Shown here in pieces: positions 29,967-38,646 of a stretch of 64,000 bases of DNA (position 1 is its first letter; each line of letters begins with the position of its first letter). The stretch lies in IMG/VR virus record IMGVR_UViG_3300027833_000017; one strand, given 5' to 3'. The stretch comes from a virus. Made by a program: the position numbers and the translations under genes. The notes below the pieces were generated by a model. The model was not told where the DNA came from, did not search any database, and worked only from the letters and a program-made list of their open reading frames with translations.

Positions 29967-32900
29967 ATGCCAACTGTTTCAAATCAAAACTTAATCGTAG
30001 TATTACCAGAATTAGCTAGGATAGTTAGAGGACAATCATCGAGTATTGGAATCACACTACACCAAGACCACGTAGGTAATCAACTAAACATCGGGGTAAC
30101 CGATAACGTAATCGTAGATGTTTATAATGCTGAAAATCAATTAATATATTCAGTAAGTAAATCTAATGGTACTTTATTATACGGTGCTGCAAACACTGAT
30201 TTACGAGGTGCTATATCACTTGAATTTAGTGCAGAACAAACTGCTGCATTACCATTTGGAGATTTAAATTTTCACGGTGCTATTAAATGTAAAATCACAG
30301 TAGTTAGAGGAATTACTCAAACGCAACTACCAACATTAAAACTTGCCAATATCTATGATGCTGGTGATAAAATAGGTGATATAGTTGCAAGTAGATTCAC
30401 ATTACCTGGTGCTGTATATAAAGTTAAGTCTTTAAGTTCTACAGATAAACCTGCTAGTGGAGAATTAGTTATAAATGACGAAGATCCTAATGGTGTTACT
30501 AAAATTAGAATTGCTTTAACGGACGATAAAGGATATAGAAATAATTATTTAGAGTCTATACTATTAAATAGAATTAATGTTGACGGAGTTAAAGTTTCTT
30601 TATTCTTAACCAATGTAAATAACAATAGTGAATACTCTGCATTTGAAATTAAAACATGGTCATATGTAGATGTATTAAATGTTAATCCTAATAATCCAAT
30701 AAACAACGACTCAAGTGATGCTATTGAATTACACGTACAATCAGAAGGAAATTCATTTATTCCTGGATCTGATTATAAGATCGGAGTAGGTGATGAGCTT
30801 GGTATTTTTAGCGAATCTTATTCTTCACCATCAGCTGGTATTTCAATTATACCACAAGGCGATGTAGCTATTGACGAGGTTAATAGTCTTACGTTTTCAG
30901 GAGGTGCAGTTATTAATAATTTAAATGACGGAAAAGTTGAAGTTGTTTTCCCTTCAGTAACTGTTACAACTTCTGGAACATCTGGTTCTTCAGGAATTGA
31001 TGGAACTTCAGGAATTGACGGTGCTAAAGGTGATCAAGGTGATCAAGGTCTTCAAGGTGAACAAGGTCTAAGGGGTGTCGATGGAACATCTGGTAAAGAT
31101 GGTGAAACAGGAGCACAAGGTGATATTGGTCAAGCTGGAACTTCAGGTACTGATGGAACAAGTGGAGTTGACGGAGCACAAGGTTTAAGAGGATTAGATG
31201 GAACTTCAGGTAAAGATGGTTTAGATGGAACATCTGGAATTAACGGCCAATCTGGAACTTCAGGTATTGACGGTGCTAAAGGTGATGATGGAACTTCAGG
31301 TATTGATGGAGTTGATGGAGTCAATGGAGTCAATGGAGTTGACGGAGCTAAAGGTGATCAAGGTGATCAAGGTATAGCTGGAGCTAAAGGTGATCAAGGT
31401 CTTAAAGGTGATCTAGGTAACACCGGTGTTCAAGGTAACGATGGAACGTCAGGTATTAGTGGAACATCTGGTATTGACGGAAACGATGGAGTTGACGGAA
31501 CAAGCGGAGTTAATGGAGCAGACGGTGCACAAGGTCTTAAAGGTGATCAAGGTGCAAGAGGTGTCGATGGAACATCTGGTAAAGATGGAGTTGACGGAAA
31601 CAATGGTAATGATGGAACTTCAGGTGTTTCAGGTTCTTCAGGAGTTGATGGAACATCTGGTAAAGATGGAGTTGACGGAAACAATGGAGCCAAAGGTGAT
31701 CAAGGTGATCAAGGTCTTCCAGGAAATAACGGAAACGATGGAACTTCAGGAGTTAATGGAACTTCAGGAATAAATGGAACTTCAGGAGTTGATGGAGCCA
31801 AAGGTGATCAAGGTATTACTGGTAACAATGGTGTAGATGGAACTTCTGGAATTAGTGGAACATCTGGAATTGATGGAACTTCAGGTATTAATGGAGTTGA
31901 TGGAAACGATGGAACTTCAGGAACTAATGGTTCTTCAGGAATTAATGGTCTTAAAGGAGATATTGGTCTTAAAGGAGATATTGGTGATAAAGGTGATCCT
32001 GGTAATAATGGAGTTGACGGAAACAATGGAACTTCAGGAATTAGTGGAACTTCAGGAATAAATGGAACATCTGGAATTGATGGAGTTGACGGAAACGACG
32101 GAACTTCAGGACTTTCTGGAACTTCAGGAATAAATGGAACTTCAGGAGTTGATGGAGTTAAAGGTGATCAAGGTGACGCTGGAACTTCAGGAATTAATGG
32201 AGCTAAAGGTGATCAAGGTGACGCTGGAACTTCAGGAGTTGACGGAACATCTGGAATTGACGGAGCTAAAGGTGATCAAGGTGACGCTGGAACTTCAGGA
32301 GTTAATGGAACTTCAGGAGTTGATGGAAACGATGGAACATCAGGAGTTGATGGAACTTCAGGAGTTGATGGAGCTAAAGGTGATCAAGGTGACGCTGGAA
32401 CTTCAGGAACTAATGGTTCTTCAGGAATTAATGGAACTTCAGGAGTTGATGGAAACGATGGAACATCAGGAGTTGATGGAACTTCAGGAGTTGATGGAGC
32501 TAAAGGTGATCAAGGTGACGCTGGAACTTCAGGAGTTAATGGAACTTCAGGAGTTGATGGAAACGATGGAACATCAGGAGTTGATGGAACTTCAGGAGTT
32601 GATGGAGCTAAAGGTGATCAAGGTGACGCTGGAACTTCAGGAACAAATGGTTCTTCAGGAGTTAATGGAACATCTGGAATCAATGGAGTTAAAGGTGATC
32701 AAGGTGACGCCGGAACTTCAGGTATTGATGGAGTTGACGGAGCTAATGGAGCCACTGGACCGCAAGGACCGGAAGGACCACAGGGGCCGGAAGGAGCAGC
32801 TGGAGCAAATGGATCTGGAATTGCAGGAGGAGGAACAACGGGTCAAGCACTTGTTAAATCTTCAAACGTTGATTACGAAGTTGAATGGTCAGACGTTGCA

Positions 32901-33368
32901 ACTGGATCAGGTGGAACTTATTATTGTGTAAGAGCAGAATACACTGCATCGCAAGCTTTAGGTGGGTGTGAATTTATCGATCCAAGTGGATCAGGTGTAT
33001 TTGAAACATCTAACGCATCTATAGGAACACGTGCTGGTGATAATCAAGAATTTTCATTCAGTGGTCAAAATCAACCACCGAAAGCAATTCTTGTATATGC
33101 ATATCAAGCCAACAATTCAAGATATGTTATAACGCATTTAGACGGTGGTGGTAACAACGCATCATTCTATGCACAAGGTATTACAGAATCTGCGCACTCG
33201 TCTAGTTTTAGTATTGGTAATCAAGTTACAACTGATTTATTCACTAACTTTAGTGCAGCTAAAATTAAATTAGATTTAGGTATGGGTAATATCGATGCAG
33301 TAAGAAATGCTGGTGGATTTGGTCAAACAACTAAAGAAGCTCACGCATTTATAATATTCAAATTTTAA
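29967..33368 (+). CDS. Collagen-like fibre protein with many G-X-K-G sites
   Basis: Globular N-terminus, ~620 aa G-X-Y tract ([12 protein letters not shown]), C-terminal domain. Confidence 0.85.
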   Translation: MPTVSNQNLIVVLPELARIVRGQSSSIGITLHQDHVGNQLNIGVTDNVIVDVYNAENQLIYSVSKSNGTLLYGAANTDLRGAISLEFSAEQTAALPFGDLNFHGAIKCKITVVRGITQTQLPTLKLANIYDAGDKIGDIVASRFTLPGAVYKVKSLSSTDKPASGELVINDEDPNGVTKIRIALTDDKGYRNNYLESILLNRINVDGVKVSLFLTNVNNNSEYSAFEIKTWSYVDVLNVNPNNPINNDSSDAIELHVQSEGNSFIPGSDYKIGVGDELGIFSESYSSPSAGISIIPQGDVAIDEVNSLTFSGGAVINNLNDGKVEVVFPSVTVTTSGTSGSSGIDGTSGIDGAKGDQGDQGLQGEQGLRGVDGTSGKDGETGAQGDIGQAGTSGTDGTSGVDGAQGLRGLDGTSGKDGLDGTSGINGQSGTSGIDGAKGDDGTSGIDGVDGVNGVNGVDGAKGDQGDQGIAGAKGDQGLKGDLGNTGVQGNDGTSGISGTSGIDGNDGVDGTSGVNGADGAQGLKGDQGARGVDGTSGKDGVDGNNGNDGTSGVSGSSGVDGTSGKDGVDGNNGAKGDQGDQGLPGNNGNDGTSGVNGTSGINGTSGVDGAKGDQGITGNNGVDGTSGISGTSGIDGTSGINGVDGNDGTSGTNGSSGINGLKGDIGLKGDIGDKGDPGNNGVDGNNGTSGISGTSGINGTSGIDGVDGNDGTSGLSGTSGINGTSGVDGVKGDQGDAGTSGINGAKGDQGDAGTSGVDGTSGIDGAKGDQGDAGTSGVNGTSGVDGNDGTSGVDGTSGVDGAKGDQGDAGTSGTNGSSGINGTSGVDGNDGTSGVDGTSGVDGAKGDQGDAGTSGVNGTSGVDGNDGTSGVDGTSGVDGAKGDQGDAGTSGTNGSSGVNGTSGINGVKGDQGDAGTSGIDGVDGANGATGPQGPEGPQGPEGAAGANGSGIAGGGTTGQALVKSSNVDYEVEWSDVATGSGGTYYCVRAEYTASQALGGCEFIDPSGSGVFETSNASIGTRAGDNQEFSFSGQNQPPKAILVYAYQANNSRYVITHLDGGGNNASFYAQGITESAHSSSFSIGNQVTTDLFTNFSAAKIKLDLGMGNIDAVRNAGGFGQTTKEAHAFIIFKF

Positions 33369-33381
33369 TAAACTAAACTAA

Positions 33382-33399
33382 GGGCGACTTCGGTCGCCC
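33382..33399 (+). other. UUCG tetraloop hairpin between fibre genes
   Basis: gggcgac-ttcg-gtcgccc with no U-tract. Confidence 0.65.
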
Positions 33400-33423
33400 A
33401 AATAATAATATAGAAAGCAAACT

Positions 33424-35298
33424 ATGTCAACATTTACACCAATAACCTTAAATGGAACTGTATCCACGATTAGTGCCCAATTGGCTTACGGAGAAAACGA
33501 TGGAACAGGAATGTCTTTACAGAATCAAACTTATAACATAACGATTTCTGTAAATGCACAATCAACTGGAGATGGTTCCTCTAGAAAAGCAAACGAATAT
33601 AACGGCATCGACGTTTCTGAAGGAATGTGGATATCAGATGCTCAAGGTCAAACGATCTTAAGAATTAAATCAATCTCAGCCAAAACCGAAGGTATTGTAG
33701 AATTAATTGCAGAAGATGTAGATATGTTATCTTTTAGATTAAATAATATTAATTCTTTCGCACAAGGTGGAGGTATTATTGTATTTAGTAATAATTCTGA
33801 AGGAGAAGCAATCATTACTGATACTAGTGCATTTGCTGCAGGTGGTTTAGATAAAGTACAAAGTAGATTTGTTGTAAACGAGGCCGATGATAGAGTTAAA
33901 TTTTCACATACTTCTGCACCCTCTGTTGACAAAGGTGATGTAATAACAATTAATACAAGTGGAGATTTAGTAAAATTCGGAGCAGTTGGTGCTATAAATC
34001 AAAAAATAGGTACAGTATTAGACAGTATTAGAAGTGGTAAAGATGTATTCGTAAAACCATTTAATGATATTATTAGAAATTATAAAAATCCAGAAGCATT
34101 AACAGGTTCACCGGGTTCTATTTATTATACAGACTTAAATAATCCAGGTGAAATCACAACAGTTGCGGGTGGCAAAGCAAGTTATTTACAATTAAATAAT
34201 AAAATAGCTTCTTCTAAAATAGTAGGAACTGCATTACCAGGATCTAACGATGTTGTTATTATTAATGGTACTACTGTACATGACGGTCCTAATGGAGATA
34301 GCGTAACTTCTATTAATGACTTTAAAACAAATATTAATAATCTTGGATTAGATGTTACTGCGACTGCATCAGCAACTCCAGTAAGTATTCAAGGAGGTGA
34401 TATAGAACCTAACTATGCATCTAACGATTATTATAGTGTAAGTGATTCTTATATTGTAACGGGTAAACAAGGTGATACACCTGCAATTGGTGAAATTACA
34501 ATAGGCGATGGTGTAAATCCACCACAAACTATTTTATTTGATAATCCAGACGATACATTAAATTTAGGAGATGTTTATGATGTTATTTCTCCAACGGCAA
34601 TATTAGCTAAATTTCAAGCGGCTATTAATGTAGGTGGTTTAGATCTTGAAGCTGGACTAGTAACTATGTCTGCATACGATGGGCAAACTGTAAAAATCTC
34701 AACAAAGGGATCAGCTACTCAAGTTGTTTTAACTAATGTAAATCCAGCAGCGTTTGGTAATAATGTTGTAGGAACTGCATCGTGGACAGGAATTGGAATG
34801 TCAGCTACAGTTGGTGCTCCAGTTTTAACTTTGAATAGAGCAGCTGGTGGTCCAATTGAAATTACAGGTTCACCAATTACCGGTGGATGGATTAATTCTA
34901 ATGGAGCGGTTTCTTCAAATTCAGGTAGAGTTCCTTATTTATTATTAATTGAATCAAGTGGCGGTGGAACAACTGCACGTGGTGTTAGCACATCTACAGA
35001 TTTAAATAAAACATCTAATGTTACAGCTAATGATGGTGATTCAACAGGAATTAATATAACATATACACCATTTGATGATTCAGTAGTAACTATTAAAGTA
35101 AATGGTATGGAAATTAATCTAGGTGACGGAGTTAAATCAGAAGCATCTTATTTTTCAAATGACGGTGGAACATCTGCAAGATTAATTAAAGACATTGCAG
35201 CTGGAGATACTCTTTATTGGAACGGCTCAATTGCAGGTTATGAATTAGATGCAACAGATGATATCGATGTTGGATACGAAAAATCAAGTTTAGATTAA
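33424..35298 (+). CDS. Putative virion structural protein
   Basis: 624 aa G/T/S-rich, beta-like; C-terminal VKVNG...GYELDATDDIDV module. Confidence 0.6.
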   Translation: MSTFTPITLNGTVSTISAQLAYGENDGTGMSLQNQTYNITISVNAQSTGDGSSRKANEYNGIDVSEGMWISDAQGQTILRIKSISAKTEGIVELIAEDVDMLSFRLNNINSFAQGGGIIVFSNNSEGEAIITDTSAFAAGGLDKVQSRFVVNEADDRVKFSHTSAPSVDKGDVITINTSGDLVKFGAVGAINQKIGTVLDSIRSGKDVFVKPFNDIIRNYKNPEALTGSPGSIYYTDLNNPGEITTVAGGKASYLQLNNKIASSKIVGTALPGSNDVVIINGTTVHDGPNGDSVTSINDFKTNINNLGLDVTATASATPVSIQGGDIEPNYASNDYYSVSDSYIVTGKQGDTPAIGEITIGDGVNPPQTILFDNPDDTLNLGDVYDVISPTAILAKFQAAINVGGLDLEAGLVTMSAYDGQTVKISTKGSATQVVLTNVNPAAFGNNVVGTASWTGIGMSATVGAPVLTLNRAAGGPIEITGSPITGGWINSNGAVSSNSGRVPYLLLIESSGGGTTARGVSTSTDLNKTSNVTANDGDSTGINITYTPFDDSVVTIKVNGMEINLGDGVKSEASYFSNDGGTSARLIKDIAAGDTLYWNGSIAGYELDATDDIDVGYEKSSLD

Positions 35299-35327
35299 TA
35301 TAATATAAATTAATATAAAAAAAACTT

Positions 35328-35368
35328 AAAAAAATGCCGAGCATGACGTAAAATGTTCGGCATTTTTT
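35328..35368. terminator. Intrinsic terminator-like hairpin
   Basis: aaaaaatgccgagca...tgttcggcatttttt. Confidence 0.6.
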
Positions 35369-35426
35369 ATATATAATATCAAGAGGACAATAATGTCCTT
35401 AGGCCTAAAAATAACATATATAAAAC

Positions 35427-36632
35427 ATGGCACAATTAAAAGTAAAACAAATTTCTGATTTCGTATCTGCAGTTGCGGCTGTACATGACGGAGCAATCGG
35501 AACAGGTACCGTAACGGGTATTTCAGTCGCAAAGTCTGAAGCAATTTCAACTGCAGTTTCTGCAGATGTTGTGTTGTTAAGCTCTGCTAAGTCTTATGCT
35601 GACGTTGCTGAAGCTGACGCTATAACTGCTGCAGCAACTGCTGCTGAAAGCTATGCTGATGGTTTAGCTGGTAACTATGATGCTGCTGGTTCTGCTGCAA
35701 CTGCATTAGTTGACGCAAAAGCTTATGCTGATCAAGCTGAGTTAGATGCTGAATCTGAAGCAGGAAGATTAGATGCAATCGTTCTTTCTTCTGCTAAGTC
35801 TCACTCTAACTTACAAAAAGATAGAATTGATGCATTATTATTGGATTCTGACTCTACGTTGGATACATTTGCTGAGATTAAGACTTTCGTAGATGGATTA
35901 GACACTAGTGATGTAGACGGATTATCTTCTGCAATTTCAACAGGTGATTCTACTGCAATTTCAACTGCAGTTTCTGCAGATGTTGTAGTATTAAGCTCTG
36001 CTAAGTCTTACGCTGACGTTGCTGAATCTGACGCTGTAGCTACGGCTTCTGCTGACGCAACATCAAAAGCTAACGCTGCACAGGGTGCTGCTGAAAGTTA
36101 TGCTGATGGTTTAGCTGGTAACTATGATGCTGCTGGTTCTGCTGCAACTGCATTAGTTGACGCAAAAGCTTATGCTGATCAAGCTGAGTTAGATGCTGAA
36201 TCTGAAGCAGGAAGATTAGATGCAATCGTTCTTTCTTCTGCTAAGTCTTACGCTGACGTTGCTGAATCTGACGCTGTATCTACTGCTGCCGGTGATGCAA
36301 CATCAAAAGCTAACGCTGCACAATCTGCTGCTGAAACAAATGCTGCATCTTACACAGACGGAAGAGAATCTAGCATCTTATCTACATTAAGAGGTGAAAT
36401 TTCTAGTCTTGCTGGAACTGATAAGCTTGAGCAAACTGGAACATTTGGTTCTACAACTTCGTTTAGCGTTGCAACTGAAATCGACTTAGACAATGACGAT
36501 ATCTTAGTATTCGTTAACGGTTTACAGATTTCAGATTACACGACTACTGATGGCTTAGCCTTCACAGTTTCTGGTTTAGGTTATGACTTAGAAAACACTG
36601 ATGACATTATCGTTAGAGGTGTTGCTGAGTAA
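35427..36632 (+). CDS. Ala-rich coiled-coil fibre protein with internal duplication
   Basis: AKSYAD repeats; ~160 bp near-identical duplication (35640-35801 / 36087-36248); LDTFAEI motif; C-terminal VFVNG...GYDLENTDDIIV. Confidence 0.7.
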   Translation: MAQLKVKQISDFVSAVAAVHDGAIGTGTVTGISVAKSEAISTAVSADVVLLSSAKSYADVAEADAITAAATAAESYADGLAGNYDAAGSAATALVDAKAYADQAELDAESEAGRLDAIVLSSAKSHSNLQKDRIDALLLDSDSTLDTFAEIKTFVDGLDTSDVDGLSSAISTGDSTAISTAVSADVVVLSSAKSYADVAESDAVATASADATSKANAAQGAAESYADGLAGNYDAAGSAATALVDAKAYADQAELDAESEAGRLDAIVLSSAKSYADVAESDAVSTAAGDATSKANAAQSAAETNAASYTDGRESSILSTLRGEISSLAGTDKLEQTGTFGSTTSFSVATEIDLDNDDILVFVNGLQISDYTTTDGLAFTVSGLGYDLENTDDIIVRGVAE

Positions 36633-36672
36633 TAACTCAATCTACAATACTTAATTTAAGTATTAATTTTTT

Positions 36673-36702
36673 AAAGGCTCGCCCAATCGGGCGGGCCTTT
36701 TT
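36673..36702 (+). terminator. Intrinsic terminator
   Basis: aaaggctcgccc-aatc-gggcgggccttttt. Confidence 0.8.
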
Positions 36703-36739
36703 AATTAAATCTAATATATAATAAAAACCAAATATCAAC

Positions 36740-37951
36740 ATGAACATAGGAATTACTATAAGTTTAGGATCAGAGAATGAAAGTCTTTGGATAAATGGTA
36801 TAAAACTAAATGCGCTTTATTTATTAAAAGCTTTGAAAGAAATAGGATATAATGTATACATATTAAATGCAAGTGAAGTCAAAGCTCCTTATGAGAACAA
36901 AGTAACATGGGATATTGAACAATTCCCAATATACGATTACTATGACAAGTATGCAGATACAGATCTTATGATTTGGTTGGGTGCAACTTACGGCGATAAA
37001 ACTATAGAGGAGTTTAAGAAAACAGGTTATGGTAAAAAAGTAGTCAAATATATTTGTGGTAATAATTATATGAATGATTTAGAGGGTTCTATGTTTAATA
37101 GTGGACCTGATGCTACTGGATATAATCAATCATTAGACGAAGTGTGGTATGTTCCACAACAAGGCGAATTAAATATTGAATATTTTAGAGTAATGCATAA
37201 TTTACCAGTAAATAAAGTAAGACCCGTTCCTTTTGTATGGGATCCTGTATTTTTAGATAAAACATGTGAAGTGTATAATAATTCAAAGACAATAATTGAA
37301 AACAGACCAATTCCAGTGTATGTTCCTGGAAAAGAAAATAAAGACAAACAAATTGCATGTTTTGAACCCAATATTGGCACACAAAAATGGCACTTTATAA
37401 ATTTATTGATAGCAGAAGATTATTATAATAAAGGAGGTAAATTTAAAAAACTAAATATCATGTGCGGTGAAGACATGTTAAAAAACAAATATTATCAATC
37501 TTTATTAACCCACCTTTCATTATATAAATTATCTGGAACAACAGATCATAAATTATCATACCTCCCTAGACTAAGAGCTATTGATGCTATGGCACAATTA
37601 ACAGATGTAGTTATTGCACACCAATATGATAATCCATTAAATTATTCATACTTAGACGCACTCTATTTACAGTTTCCACTAGTACATAACGCAACTATGA
37701 TTAAGGACGCCGGATATTATTATGATGGTAACTTAATTGGACAGGGTTCTCGACAACTTAAACAGGCTATCGAAAATCATGACAATAACATAGAAACATA
37801 TAATGAAAATAGCGAAAGGGTTTTAACTAGATATACTGTATTTAACGAGGGTTTAATAGAAACATATAAACAACTAATTGAAACCACAATGGGAATTAAG
37901 GATCATAAACTAAGATCTACATATGATTGGAAAACAAATCTATACAAGTAG
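36740..37951 (+). CDS. DUF2827-family putative glycosyltransferase
   Basis: IGIT..SLWINGI..N, PFVWDP, FEPNI, AHQYDNPLNYSYLDALY..PLVHN..GYYY. Confidence 0.7.
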   Translation: MNIGITISLGSENESLWINGIKLNALYLLKALKEIGYNVYILNASEVKAPYENKVTWDIEQFPIYDYYDKYADTDLMIWLGATYGDKTIEEFKKTGYGKKVVKYICGNNYMNDLEGSMFNSGPDATGYNQSLDEVWYVPQQGELNIEYFRVMHNLPVNKVRPVPFVWDPVFLDKTCEVYNNSKTIIENRPIPVYVPGKENKDKQIACFEPNIGTQKWHFINLLIAEDYYNKGGKFKKLNIMCGEDMLKNKYYQSLLTHLSLYKLSGTTDHKLSYLPRLRAIDAMAQLTDVVIAHQYDNPLNYSYLDALYLQFPLVHNATMIKDAGYYYDGNLIGQGSRQLKQAIENHDNNIETYNENSERVLTRYTVFNEGLIETYKQLIETTMGIKDHKLRSTYDWKTNLYK

Positions 37952-37954
37952 CAT

Positions 37955-38560
37955 ATGTCTATTGATCCTAACAAAATAATTTTTAAAAGATTAATTAGAG
38001 AGTATGAATTTTTATTAGAAGATTTAGAAGATATAAAAACTGCTAATTCTGAAATAAAAAATAAATTTATGCAAGAACTTTCAGAAATTGATAATGATGG
38101 TATATTAGAATCTGAAGAAATGGAAAACGCCGCTGATTCATGGGCAAATAGTAAGAAAGAAGAGGAAGATTTAGAAAAAGAAACTAATAAACACCCAGAT
38201 TTTAAAAAATTATTTAGAAAATCAGTAATAAAGTGTCACCCTGATAAATTAACACATGACATATCACATGATGAGAAAGATAAATATAAAAAGATATATG
38301 AGGATTTGGTAGATGCCAATGAAACTGAAGATTGGGCAAGTTTAATAACATGTGCAATTAAATTAGAAATAGAATTACCTTCTTCGGCATATGATCAAAT
38401 TAGATCTATAGAAGAAAGTATATTAAAACTAAAAAATAAACAAGAAAATATATTAAATTCAACACCGTGGAACTGGTATAAAACAACAAATAATGACTCA
38501 AAATTAGATATATTAAAACAACATCTTAATTTTATGTCATTATTAACTAATAAAAAATAA
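37955..38560 (+). CDS. J-domain-like protein
   Basis: FKKLFRKSVIKCHPDKL. Confidence 0.6.
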   Translation: MSIDPNKIIFKRLIREYEFLLEDLEDIKTANSEIKNKFMQELSEIDNDGILESEEMENAADSWANSKKEEEDLEKETNKHPDFKKLFRKSVIKCHPDKLTHDISHDEKDKYKKIYEDLVDANETEDWASLITCAIKLEIELPSSAYDQIRSIEESILKLKNKQENILNSTPWNWYKTTNNDSKLDILKQHLNFMSLLTNKK

Positions 38561-38646
38561 TTTTTATTAGTTAGTTTCTTCCAGGGACTAAAAACTTGGT
38601 ACATTAACAAGATATATAATATAACGTAAAAAAGAATAAATCATTC

